Below, in pieces: positions 49,201 through 58,470 of a stretch of DNA of 64,000 nt. The stretch lies in NCBI GenBank assembly GCA_934162125.1, contig CAKPHU010000002.1:195616-259615 (forward strand). Reading direction: 5' to 3'. A program made the position numbers and the translations under genes. A model generated the notes under the pieces. It did no database searches and was not told where the DNA came from. It saw only the letters and a program-made list of their open reading frames with translations. Source of the stretch: an uncultured Bacilli bacterium (GTDB lineage: Bacteria > Bacillota_I > Bacilli_A > RF39 > UBA660). Within the stretch, counting starts at the first letter, position 1, and each line of letters starts with the position of its first letter.

Positions 49201-52200
49201 TACTACGTCCAAATCCCGCAATATAATAAACTGTTGTTGAACTATTTGGTCCAATTAAAATCTTATTTCTAATACTCATTACTGGATCTAAGTTATCACC
49301 CACATAATTAGTTAATTTATTATCTAACATAACTGGGTCATTAACAGTTCTACCTCTACCTACGAAATTATATCTTTCTGTTTCATAAGAATAATCTTCT
49401 AGTGGATCTTCAATTAATAGTCTATTAAACATATAACTATTAACTGCCGCATCCCCTCTACTTCTTCTCTTCATAATTAAAGAATTACTCTTCTTATCAA
49501 ACTCACTAGTAATAAACATACTATTAAATACTCTATGACTAACATCATCCATATTAGGAGAAAGTATTACTTCTGTATAAGTAGTAAGTTCTAAACTCTT
49601 TACTTCATCACTATTATTTCTAAATGTAACCTTTCTAATCTCTCCGTGATGAGAACTCATTACAATAATCTCTGTCTTAGTAGTTATTACTCCATCTTTT
49701 CTAATGTACTTAATATTATCTGAAGCAAAAACAACTTCGTAATTATCGCACTTCTTATTAACAGGTGCATAAGTATTAGACCAAACATAATCAGTATCTA
49801 AATCCTTAATATACATAAACATACCATAGTCTTGTTCTGTTACTTTACGATATCTATTTAATTGAAGAGTTCTATATCTTGAGAAACTATCTCCTCTATC
49901 ATTCATAAGTAAAGCATATTTTCTATTAGATAGAACTGATACTTCTGGCATATAAGAAATATAGTTAAAGTATCTGATATCGTTTTCTATTCCTTCTTTA
50001 GCATAATTATATTTCTTATAATCAGCCATCTTCATATCAATATCTGCTTTTACTTGAACTTTTTCTTTTAATAAAATGTCATAAGTCTTAATATTAACGT
50101 TATGATGGAAATAGTTCTTAATAGCTCCATCTTTTAAATAATTTGTAAGTCCCGCTAATATCATTCCTTGATGATGTGAAAAGAATGCTTCCACAACACC
50201 TTTATTATCATAGTCATAAGCTTCATATAGACCATATTTTCCAGTCATGTCTAGTTCTCTAAACTTTAATATATTCTTATAAACATCCCTTGGAAATAAC
50301 TCCATTACCATAAGTGAAGCATAAGGAGCTAAAACTATTCTATTATCACTAGACTCTTTTGCCTTTAAGTATGGTGTCGCAAAAGCTCTATATTTATAGT
50401 TTAATGAATTATCAAGTTCATTATAAGCTGACTCACTAATTCCCCATGGCAACTTTCTAGAAACCCCTGCCACATAGTCTTTTTGACAGAAATATGAAAA
50501 TTTATAAGACTCATCCAACAATGTATTTGGATAATTCTTCATAAATAAAAGTGGCATATAATATTCAAAAGCTGTTCCAGACCAAGAAATAAGTCCTTTT
50601 CTTCCCTTATAAGTTGTTAAAGACTTATCAAGAGAAAACCAGTGTTTACTAGAAACATCTCCTAAACAAATAGCTAAATAACTAGTAAGTCTAGATTCAC
50701 TCGCAAACTTATTATAGTTATAAATAGAAAGTTTCCCTTCATTATCATCATACCCTATACTAAAGACATGTTTCTTAGTATATAGCTTTCTAAAATTAGT
50801 ATTCTTAATCAATTTATCACATAACTTAACTAGCTTCTCATCACCCAATTTATATAAGAATTCTCTTACTACAATCAAAGAACTAACAAAGTTACCAGAG
50901 TCAACTGTTGAAACAAACCTTGGATTTATTACTTTACCAGTCTTAATAGAATACCAGTTATATAAATGACCATGCCATTTTTCTAATTTAGAAACACTAT
51001 CTAAAACCTTCTCTATAAGTTCAAGTGCTTCATCTTTTTTAATAAACTCTAATTCATAAGCACTAACTATACTTACAAGTGAAAAACCTATCGCTGTTGG
51101 AGAAGTCCTCATATCTAGTTTTTCTTCCCTATTTTCCTGATAATTATCAGGAATTAAATAGAAATATTCTGCACGTAAATTATCTTTAAAGTATAACCAT
51201 GTCTCATAAGCTAATTTCTTAACGTCTTCATCTTCATCTTCTTTTAAATCTACTCTCTCATCTGGAATAGTTAAACTAACATAATATAAGATAAAAGGAG
51301 CTGAAATAAATACTAATGCAATTATAAAAGCAACTACTTCTTTAAAAATAATACCTAAAATAATGAAGACAACACTAACCCCAATATTAAAATAGAAATT
51401 CTTAATGTAAGTAATTAAATCACTTTTCAAAGTCTTTTCTGCATCTTCTGCTGTTACCCAATTAAGTAAATTCTTATGACTAACAGTAAGTCTATAAATA
51501 GTTCTAAAGAAAGCGTCTAAATATAGTTTTGTATAAAATGGAATTGTCGCTAAAGTAATATAACACTTCAAAATAAGACTTCTTCCACCAAAAACTAAGT
51601 TCTTATAATAAACCGTCTTACTATGTGATTCTTCTTTAATTAATTTATTCTTCAAAAAGAAGATAACTGGTATCGCAATCGCTAAAACAACAAATCCAAC
51701 CCACCACCAAGCATTAACTTTTGGACAACAAACTGCTAAAAGTAATACCACCAAAAGTAATGGTTGATAAAATATTCTCACAATATTGTCCAATATTTTA
51801 AACTTACCCAAAATATTAATTGGATTCTTAATTAGATCTCCTTTTTTATTTCTAACTCTATTTCCTAACCAGGAAATAATCTGTGTATCTCCTCTAGCCC
51901 AACGATGATGTCTAGAAGTATCAGTTAAAAACTTTGCAGGGAAATCATCAACTAATTCAATATCTGATACATAACCACAACGTAAATAATTTCCTTCTAA
52001 TAAATCATGTGAAAGTATTAAATTATCTGGAAATACTCCATCTAATATCTGATCAAATACTTTTAAATCATAAATACCCTTACCTACAAAACTTCCTTCT
52101 AAAAAAGTATCTTGATATACATCAGGTATCAAAGCGGAATAAGTATCAAATCCTCCTATACCTGCAAATATTTGACTATATAAACTCTTATTAGTTGCTT

Positions 52201-53935
52201 CAATGTCCACACTAACTCTAGGTTGCATAATTCCATATCCACTAATAACCTTAGTACCCTCTTTATTTAAAACAGGTCTATTTAATGGATGTGCCATTGC
52301 CCCTATTAAGTTTAATGCTGTATTTAAAACTAATTTAGTATCACTATCTAAAGTAATAACATACTTAATATCTAAATTATGATGATGAAGAGTATTCACA
52401 TTAAACCATTTTTTCTCCTCACTATCACTCATCTCTTTAAGTAATATTTTATTAAATTGTAATAAAGCTCCTCTTTTTCTTTCATAACCTAAGTAAGAAC
52501 TTTCTTTATCATTCCACTTTCTTTTTCGATAAACAAAATAGAACAAATCTTTACCATACTTCTTATTTAATTCTGTAGAGACCTTTTCCCCATACTCACT
52601 AATCTCTTTATCATAATCTTCTACTTCCTTATCACTAGCTTTAACATCCCCTAGTAACGTAAAATATAAGTTATCTGATTTATTCATTAAATAAAACGTC
52701 TCTAAAGTTGAAAACATTGTCTTAATCTTTTCTTTAGAAGAAACAATTGTTGGTATTACAACCATAGTAGCACTCTCATCTGGAATACCCTTTGTATAAT
52801 TAAGTTTAGGTAGTGGATTAGTTGCTACAACCTTTATAAGTAACCTATTAATTAACTGAATAAATAATTGACTAACTGGTATTAATAAAATTAAAAATCC
52901 CAATACTCTAAATTTAATAAAGTATTTAGAAAGGTAAAAACAAGTAATAAAAGTTAAAAGTACTAAACTTAAAATATAAAGAACAACTCTTAAACTTGTA
53001 TTCTTCTTTTTAAATAAACTAAACCCAATATGATAATCGTCATCTACATTTTTATCTATAATTGAAAGTAAATATAAATATTCATTCATCTTATGCTTCT
53101 TAGCTAATTTCGCAACTTGCTTACGATATAAATACTTAGACTCTACTGTCATTTGTTTATATATTTTATCTTCTAAAAGAAGCTTTTCTGTACTAGAAGT
53201 CTTCTCTAAAAGTTCTTCATCACTAAATTCAAAGAATTCTTTTAAATCTTGAAAAATATTAGATATCAGTAAATTACTATCTATTTTCTTTTGATGTTCT
53301 TCGTTAATAACATCTTTTAAACTGATCTGTTTTTCTTTAAGCATTTCATTTATTTCTTTAAACAAGCCATTACTCTTAGTACCTAAATTCTTTAATTGAT
53401 TATTAAGTTCAAAGACATAATAATGATCTAAATTATTTAAGTCTTTATCATTAAAGAAAGTACTTATAGAAACATTCTCATTATCTTTTACTTCACCAAT
53501 TAACTTACTAATTTTCTTATTAATATTTAATTTACTCATCTCTTCTATACAAAGACTATGTAATTTTTCTGTATAAATAAATAATAATAAATTTTTAATA
53601 GACGCAATCTGATCATATGTAAAGTACATATTATTATCTTTTTGATATTTCTTTATCTCTGAAGAAAGCATCTTAAAATCAATATTAAAATTATTATGTA
53701 GAGCTAACTCTTTTAAACAGTAATAAATATCTATTGTATTATATAATCTCTTATTAATAATCTTTTTATCATGAATAATATTTACTTTATGTTCTACTAA
53801 TAAATAAAAATTATCAATAATCCACTCATTGGTAATTCCTACATATTCTTGTTTCTTAGTCATATCAACAAGTAAATTATAGTAATTATTTATATAGTTA
53901 AAATCTTTTAAAAATTTAGTTATTAATCTATTCAT
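46298..53935 (-). CDS. giant membrane glycosyltransferase + GH94 protein resembling cyclic beta-1,2-glucan synthase (NdvB/Cgs)
   Basis: 2545 aa; ~300-aa N-terminal soluble part, multiple TM helices flanking a processive GT domain (LDSDT, RHHRWARGD = QxxRW), then GH94-like domains (…GGQYTHAVSWYIMAL…). Confidence 0.7.
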   Translation of the reverse strand: MNRLITKFLKDFNYINNYYNLLVDMTKKQEYVGITNEWIIDNFYLLVEHKVNIIHDKKIINKRLYNTIDIYYCLKELALHNNFNIDFKMLSSEIKKYQKDNNMYFTYDQIASIKNLLLFIYTEKLHSLCIEEMSKLNINKKISKLIGEVKDNENVSISTFFNDKDLNNLDHYYVFELNNQLKNLGTKSNGLFKEINEMLKEKQISLKDVINEEHQKKIDSNLLISNIFQDLKEFFEFSDEELLEKTSSTEKLLLEDKIYKQMTVESKYLYRKQVAKLAKKHKMNEYLYLLSIIDKNVDDDYHIGFSLFKKKNTSLRVVLYILSLVLLTFITCFYLSKYFIKFRVLGFLILLIPVSQLFIQLINRLLIKVVATNPLPKLNYTKGIPDESATMVVIPTIVSSKEKIKTMFSTLETFYLMNKSDNLYFTLLGDVKASDKEVEDYDKEISEYGEKVSTELNKKYGKDLFYFVYRKRKWNDKESSYLGYERKRGALLQFNKILLKEMSDSEEKKWFNVNTLHHHNLDIKYVITLDSDTKLVLNTALNLIGAMAHPLNRPVLNKEGTKVISGYGIMQPRVSVDIEATNKSLYSQIFAGIGGFDTYSALIPDVYQDTFLEGSFVGKGIYDLKVFDQILDGVFPDNLILSHDLLEGNYLRCGYVSDIELVDDFPAKFLTDTSRHHRWARGDTQIISWLGNRVRNKKGDLIKNPINILGKFKILDNIVRIFYQPLLLVVLLLAVCCPKVNAWWWVGFVVLAIAIPVIFFLKNKLIKEESHSKTVYYKNLVFGGRSLILKCYITLATIPFYTKLYLDAFFRTIYRLTVSHKNLLNWVTAEDAEKTLKSDLITYIKNFYFNIGVSVVFIILGIIFKEVVAFIIALVFISAPFILYYVSLTIPDERVDLKEDEDEDVKKLAYETWLYFKDNLRAEYFYLIPDNYQENREEKLDMRTSPTAIGFSLVSIVSAYELEFIKKDEALELIEKVLDSVSKLEKWHGHLYNWYSIKTGKVINPRFVSTVDSGNFVSSLIVVREFLYKLGDEKLVKLCDKLIKNTNFRKLYTKKHVFSIGYDDNEGKLSIYNYNKFASESRLTSYLAICLGDVSSKHWFSLDKSLTTYKGRKGLISWSGTAFEYYMPLLFMKNYPNTLLDESYKFSYFCQKDYVAGVSRKLPWGISESAYNELDNSLNYKYRAFATPYLKAKESSDNRIVLAPYASLMVMELFPRDVYKNILKFRELDMTGKYGLYEAYDYDNKGVVEAFFSHHQGMILAGLTNYLKDGAIKNYFHHNVNIKTYDILLKEKVQVKADIDMKMADYKKYNYAKEGIENDIRYFNYISYMPEVSVLSNRKYALLMNDRGDSFSRYRTLQLNRYRKVTEQDYGMFMYIKDLDTDYVWSNTYAPVNKKCDNYEVVFASDNIKYIRKDGVITTKTEIIVMSSHHGEIRKVTFRNNSDEVKSLELTTYTEVILSPNMDDVSHRVFNSMFITSEFDKKSNSLIMKRRSRGDAAVNSYMFNRLLIEDPLEDYSYETERYNFVGRGRTVNDPVMLDNKLTNYVGDNLDPVMSIRNKILIGPNSSTTVYYIAGFGRSREQINDIIESYNDKKKIDNAFKVATLNNIVNTKMLSITGSDMRLYNIMLNYLYQTTKISVSEERNEILRQNALGQNALWKFGVSGDRPIILVDISDISDLPFVFSILKTFEYYKNNSIFVDIVIINDEKDKYAKIINKEIDDEIYRMYSLNNFYHTPGMIKVIDGNSLSSEERILFNVVPRLKFIIKDHMTLESAISDLQEHNKISNYEEALYERNVESKIKEKIVFDNGYGGFVKDGEEYLIYNRNTPTPWSNVISNKNFGTIVTNNGCGYTFAYNSGEFKITSWTNDIVVNDQSEGFKFDNRTFVADKCRHGFGYSILESETSEVKKEICEFVAVEDTVKLYLVKLTNKTKKKIALDVSYYINPVLGNFEEKTARHILTEYIDRDDYVKLRNVYSINYSDVVVCMASSMKLTDSSVDRILSKSISTKVELEPLEEKEMVFMLGASRDNDYLEMLLKKYRNVESVKREFKDVVSTWKEKLSVVKVKTPDVALDYVLNGWYLYQTISSRLFAKAGFYQVSGAYGYRDQLQDAMNIVLVDPSVTHDQILRNASHQFIEGDVLHWWHEDNHFGLRSRYKDDYLWLVYATIMYIEVTGDVAILSEEVPYINAPILGDYENEKTVNFEYTSEKDSLFKHLEKALNLSINSLGSHHLPLMGGGDWNDGMNRVGIKGKGESVWLGFFLYNIIEMFIPVIEKFDSSYDISKLEKFNSKLKDNLNKYGWDDKYYLRAYFDNGDRLGSHDNTECKIDLISQSFALISGVCPEEKKDEVLNSVSDNLVDEEHGLVKLLTPPFSKSLNNPGYIMNYSKGIRENGGQYTHAVSWYIMALIKEKKYDEAYRYYQMINPVTKNNIEEYKVEPYVIAADIYSATNMAGRGGWTWYTGSAGWFYNVGIRDLLGIKKEGSILNIEPCVLDKFKKFNITYKYLDTTYDIEVKKDKTDKILVDGTSVSKIKLVNDKKKHDVVIYRK

Positions 53936-54020
53936 CTTATCAACTCTCCGATAATTTTATTATAACATAAGAATTTATAAAAAATAAAAAAAGTTCTATC
54001 ACTAGAACTTCATTTATCAA

Positions 54021-54111
54021 TGGCGGAGTAGGAGAGATTTGAACTCTCGCGCCAGTTGCCCGACCTACACCCTTAGCAGGGGCGCCTCTTCAGCCTCTTG
54101 AGTACTACTCC
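54021..54111 (-). tRNA. tRNA-Ser (anticodon GCT), long variable arm
   Basis: GGAGTAG...CCCCTGCTAAGGG...variable stem...GGTTCAAATCTC...CTACTCC-G-CCA; 91 nt; TTGACA-17-TAATAT promoter at 54134-54162. Confidence 0.85.
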
Positions 54112-54202
54112 AGAATATGCATCCGCATATATAATATTACATAAGGTCATCTAAAATGTCAAGAAAAAAATAAAAAACTCCTCTACCGGAGTTAACTTCA
54201 AA

Positions 54203-54279
54203 TGGTGACGAGTATGGAATTCGAATCCATGAATGCTGCCGTGAAAGGGCAGTGTGTTAAGCCACTTCACCAACTCGCC
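54203..54279 (-). tRNA. tRNA-Glu (anticodon TTC)
   Basis: GGCGAGT...CTGCC-CTTTCAC-GGCAG...TTCGAATTC...ACTCGTC-A-CCA. Confidence 0.8.
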
Positions 54280-54282
54280 AGA

Positions 54283-54359
54283 TGGCGCCCCAACTAGGAC
54301 TTGAACCTAGGACCCCTTGATTAACAGTCAAGTGCTCTAACCGACTGAGCTATTGAGGC
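54283..54359 (-). tRNA. tRNA-Asn (anticodon GTT)
   Basis: GCCTCAATAGCTCAGTCGGTTAGAGC...ACTGTTAATCA...GGTTCAAGTCC...GGGGCGCCA. Confidence 0.85.
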
Positions 54360-54366
54360 ATATTAA

Positions 54367-54443
<77 letters not shown>

Positions 54444-54563
54444 ATTAATAAGTACTTCTTAATTCTACAATATTTCTTTTACTTTTGCAAGTAGTAATTT
54501 GCACTTTTTCTCAAAACTGCAATATTAGAATACACTAAAAAAAGTAGGAAAGTCAAGTCTTTT

Positions 54564-56903
54564 TTAACTTTTTCCTGCTTTTCTTTCAATATATGTAATT
54601 AGCTTCTCCATTGATAAGTAAATTAAGTGTACTAAAACTACACACAAAACAATAACTATGGCCATTCTAGTATTCAAAGTACTGAATGAAAAAAGCTCTC
54701 TAAAACCAAAGAAACCAGTCGCATACAACACTACCATTGAACCAAATAAAATACCTCTTAACTTATTAAATGGCTGACATACTTTAAATAAAAGTACAAA
54801 AGCAGTATAACCAGTAACTATTGCTGATAAAGTTGACGTCTCTTCATAACTAAATCCAAATATCTTACTAATTATAAAAATAACAAAGATATTACAAACT
54901 ATCGTAATAGCTGGTGGAAAAGCCTTCTTCAAAACTCTTCTTAAGAAATGTTTCTTTACTAAATCATAATTAGGTTCTAGAGCCAAGATAAAAGATGGAA
55001 TTCCAACTGTTACTGTACTAGCTAATGAAAGTTGTATTGGAATAAATGGATAAGGCATATTAATAAAAATAAATATTATAGCTAAAAGTGAAGCATAAAT
55101 AGTTTTAACTAAAAATAATGATGCACTTCTCTCAATATTATTAATAGTTCTTCTACCCTCTCCTACTACATAAGGCATTGAAGCAAAATTAGAATCTAAT
55201 AAAACTAATTGACTAACATTCTTTGTTGCATCAGTACCTGTTGCCATTGCAATAGAACAATCCGCTTCTTTTAAAGCTAAAACGTCATTAACTCCGTCTC
55301 CCGTCATCGCAACTGTATGACCAAGTCTCTGCAATGCTAAAACAAACTTTTTCTTCTGCTCAGGTGTAACTCTACCAAAAATATCGTACTCTTCAACTGC
55401 TTCAAGTATATCTTGATCAGTCTTTAACTTTCTAACATCTATTTTCTTCGCCTCAGGACTAAATCCAGCTCTTAAAGCTATTCCGTAAACAGTATCTTGA
55501 TTATCTCCAGAAATAATCTTAAGTCTAACACCCTGTTCTCTAAAATAATTAAGAGTATCTTTTGCTTCTTTTCTTATTTTATCTTGTAATAACAGAACTC
55601 CTACTGGTTTAACATTTTTAAGTTCCTTATTATCAGCCTTAGCAATCATTAATACACGATAATCTTTCGCATACTCTTCTATCTCCTTTTTATATGAATC
55701 ATATTCATCTCCTAATATAAACTCACTCGCACCAACTACATAAACTTTATCTTTTAAAGTAAAACCAGAATATTTCTTAGCTGATGAAAAAGGTATTGTA
55801 TCAATAACCTCTAAACTATCTTTCTTTCCATACTTATCTTTTAAAGCCAAACTTGTTGGACTCTTCTCATCAAGTACTCTATTAAAGTTCCCTAGAATAT
55901 CTGAAATGTTTCCTTCATCCATAGACACTTCCTTAACAACTTCCATCTTACCTTCCGTAATAGTACCAGTCTTATCTAAACATATCGTATCAACTCTAGC
56001 CAATGTCTCAATACAATACAAATCTTGTACTAAAACTTTTTTACTAGAAAGTCTAATAACACTAACAGCTAAAACTGAACTAGTAAGTAAAACAAGTCCT
56101 TCTGGAATCATTCCAATTAATGCTGCTACTGTAGACACAATAGCTTGTTCAATAGTATTTCCCTCTATATACATTTGTCTACTAAATAGTAAAATACCTA
56201 CTGGTACAATTAAAAAGGAAATAGTTGAAACAATTTTATTTAAACTTCGCATAATTTCCGAAGAAACAGATTTAGTATATTTTGTTCCACTAGAAATCTT
56301 AGAAGTAAAATTATCAAGCCCTATATGTTCAACTTGACATATCGCTCTACCACTAACTACAAAGCTCCCTGATAAAAGCATATCCCCCTCTTTTTTAAAT
56401 ACTGTATCTGCTTCCCCAGTAATAAAAGATTCATCTACTTCTACTTCTCCACTTCTAATAATAGCATCTACTACAATCTGATTACCTAAAGAAACTTCTA
56501 AGATATCATCCAAAACTATCTCATTTATATCAATATCCAGTCTCTCAGAATTTCTCACAGCTCTAACTTTTGACATTGCTACTACTCTAAGTTTATCTAA
56601 AGTCTTCTTACTTCTAATTTCTTGAATAATACTAATCAAAGTATTAATAATAATAACACCCATAAAAGTAAGGTTTTTATAAGATCTTACCGCAAGTACT
56701 GCTAAAGCTAACACAATATTAATTATATTAAACAAAGTAAAAACATTTTCTCTAATAATCTCTTTTTCACTTTTAGTCTTAGATTCAATATTTTTATTAA
56801 CTAAATTATTTTTAATTCTTTCTTCTATCTGTTCCCTAGTTAAACCAGTACTAATATCTGGTTTATACCTTTTTATATCTTTCATACTATCACCAAACTT
56901 CAT
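54564..56903 (-). CDS. cation-transporting P-type ATPase (P2/P3-type, Ca2+/Mg2+-like)
   Basis: DKTGTITEG phosphorylation motif, TGES-like loop, MTGDGVNDVLALKEAD hinge; 10 TM; 779 aa. Confidence 0.9.
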   Translation of the reverse strand: MKFGDSMKDIKRYKPDISTGLTREQIEERIKNNLVNKNIESKTKSEKEIIRENVFTLFNIINIVLALAVLAVRSYKNLTFMGVIIINTLISIIQEIRSKKTLDKLRVVAMSKVRAVRNSERLDIDINEIVLDDILEVSLGNQIVVDAIIRSGEVEVDESFITGEADTVFKKEGDMLLSGSFVVSGRAICQVEHIGLDNFTSKISSGTKYTKSVSSEIMRSLNKIVSTISFLIVPVGILLFSRQMYIEGNTIEQAIVSTVAALIGMIPEGLVLLTSSVLAVSVIRLSSKKVLVQDLYCIETLARVDTICLDKTGTITEGKMEVVKEVSMDEGNISDILGNFNRVLDEKSPTSLALKDKYGKKDSLEVIDTIPFSSAKKYSGFTLKDKVYVVGASEFILGDEYDSYKKEIEEYAKDYRVLMIAKADNKELKNVKPVGVLLLQDKIRKEAKDTLNYFREQGVRLKIISGDNQDTVYGIALRAGFSPEAKKIDVRKLKTDQDILEAVEEYDIFGRVTPEQKKKFVLALQRLGHTVAMTGDGVNDVLALKEADCSIAMATGTDATKNVSQLVLLDSNFASMPYVVGEGRRTINNIERSASLFLVKTIYASLLAIIFIFINMPYPFIPIQLSLASTVTVGIPSFILALEPNYDLVKKHFLRRVLKKAFPPAITIVCNIFVIFIISKIFGFSYEETSTLSAIVTGYTAFVLLFKVCQPFNKLRGILFGSMVVLYATGFFGFRELFSFSTLNTRMAIVIVLCVVLVHLIYLSMEKLITYIERKAGKS

Positions 56904-57023
56904 CCTAAATATATCATAAATTAACTATTTAGTCTATTTCCTACTAATATACTTGTCACTAATTTTAAAAAAATACTTGTAAATATTAAAAAAATAGTAT
57001 AAAATAAATTATGCAAATCGAAA

Positions 57024-57099
57024 TGGACTGTTAGCTCAGTTGGTAGAGCAACTGACTCTTAATCAGTGGGTCTAGGGTTCGAATCCCTAACAGTCCACC
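57024..57099 (+). tRNA. tRNA-Lys (anticodon CTT)
   Basis: GGACTGT/TAGCTCAGTTGGTAGAGC/AACTGA-CTCTTAA-TCAGT/.../GGTTCGAATCC/ACAGTCC-A-CCA; the only clear plus-strand gene in the window. Confidence 0.85.
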
Positions 57100-57111
57100 A
57101 TTTAGGTATAT

Positions 57112-57148
57112 AAAATCTAACTTGATCTCATATCTTGTTAGATTTTTT
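57112..57148 (+). terminator. intrinsic terminator after tRNA-Lys
   Basis: AAATCTAAC...GTTAGATTT hairpin followed by T7. Confidence 0.55.
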
Positions 57149-57185
57149 TACTTTTCGGCACCTTTTCGGCACCCAAAAAAGACTA

Positions 57186-57818
57186 CTAATTATTAGTAGT
57201 CTTCTTTTTTTGCTTTACTTTTTCTTTTTTATAATAATTATCAGTCATCTTAAAAGTAACTGCATGAATAACATATTCCATTTGTTCTTCTGTACCACGT
57301 AATTCTTTTTCTTCTAATCTATCTTCAAATCCAAAACAAAAATCATCATTAAATTCCGGTTTATATAGATTTCTAGGCATAGCTTTATCAAAGAACCAGT
57401 CTTCTTCATAAACCTTACATAATTTTTGTTCTACTAATCTTCTAAACAACCAGTATGAAGTATTATGTCTAAGCCCCGTATGAAACTTCTTACCTCTATT
57501 CTCTAGAAAGACACTTTTTAAAGCTCTCATCATCTCTAAAGTACGACTAAAAGACTCTCCTTCTTTAGTTGCTACCCAATTTGAAATAGATACATCCGTC
57601 AAATTACTTCTATACATCAGAAACCAACTATCGCCTATATAAATCTTAACATCACTTTTACCATAACCTGCTCTATTTCCAAAACCAGCTAAATCTTCTC
57701 CAGATCTAACCATACTAAAATAAGTATTATATATTTCTCTATTATAACCAGAAGCTGCAATTTCTTTTACTTTAAGAACTTGTTCATGACTTAAATCTTT
57801 AACATCAAACTTCTCCAA
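57186..57818 (-). CDS. hypothetical protein
   Basis: 210 aa, K-rich C-terminus; no recognisable motif; 3' end embedded in a perfect 21-bp palindrome. Confidence 0.5.
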   Translation of the reverse strand: MEKFDVKDLSHEQVLKVKEIAASGYNREIYNTYFSMVRSGEDLAGFGNRAGYGKSDVKIYIGDSWFLMYRSNLTDVSISNWVATKEGESFSRTLEMMRALKSVFLENRGKKFHTGLRHNTSYWLFRRLVEQKLCKVYEEDWFFDKAMPRNLYKPEFNDDFCFGFEDRLEEKELRGTEEQMEYVIHAVTFKMTDNYYKKEKVKQKKKTTNN

Positions 57819-57857
57819 ATATAATCCCTCCTAAAGGAAATAATATTATAACAGAAT

Positions 57858-58454
57858 CTAATAATTAATAAAAGCCTCAATTATTTTCTTAGCACCTTCA
57901 TCATAGGAAATCATTCTCTCTGGATGCCATTGTACTCCTACTTGAAATACAGCATTTTTATTTTCAATAGCTTCAATTAATAAATCCGGACTAACTCCAA
58001 CTACTCTAAACATCTTACTTTCTGTAACAGTCTGTAAATGATGTGAATTAACCATCACTTCTTTTTCTCCTAAAATACGTCCTAATAAACTATCCTCCTC
58101 TAACATCACTTTATGAATATAGCCCTCATCTTGTTTATGATTTCTATTACCAATCTCTACTAAACTATTATTACTTCCATATAAAGCCATTGACTGCATT
58201 CCTTGACATATTCCTAGTAACTTAAGTTTATGTTCAAGAACATAACCAATTAAAAAGAAATCCCAAACACCAACTACATCCCCTCCTGGTAAAAGTATTC
58301 CTTCCACCATTTTAAGTTTATTCATTAGTACCTCTAAAGTATCACTATCATATGCTAAAACAACCTCTCCTCCAAGATCCTTTATAGCACTCATATAATA
58401 GTTATTACTAACTTCACTATTTTCTTTTCTAATCAACAATAAAAACTTTTTCAT
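57858..58454 (-). CDS. class I glutamine amidotransferase-like (gamma-glutamyl hydrolase, peptidase C26 family)
   Basis: LLGICQGMQSM nucleophile elbow, VQWHPE His motif. Confidence 0.8.
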   Translation of the reverse strand: MKKFLLLIRKENSEVSNNYYMSAIKDLGGEVVLAYDSDTLEVLMNKLKMVEGILLPGGDVVGVWDFFLIGYVLEHKLKLLGICQGMQSMALYGSNNSLVEIGNRNHKQDEGYIHKVMLEEDSLLGRILGEKEVMVNSHHLQTVTESKMFRVVGVSPDLLIEAIENKNAVFQVGVQWHPERMISYDEGAKKIIEAFINY

Positions 58455-58470
58455 ATCAAAAAAAGAAAGC

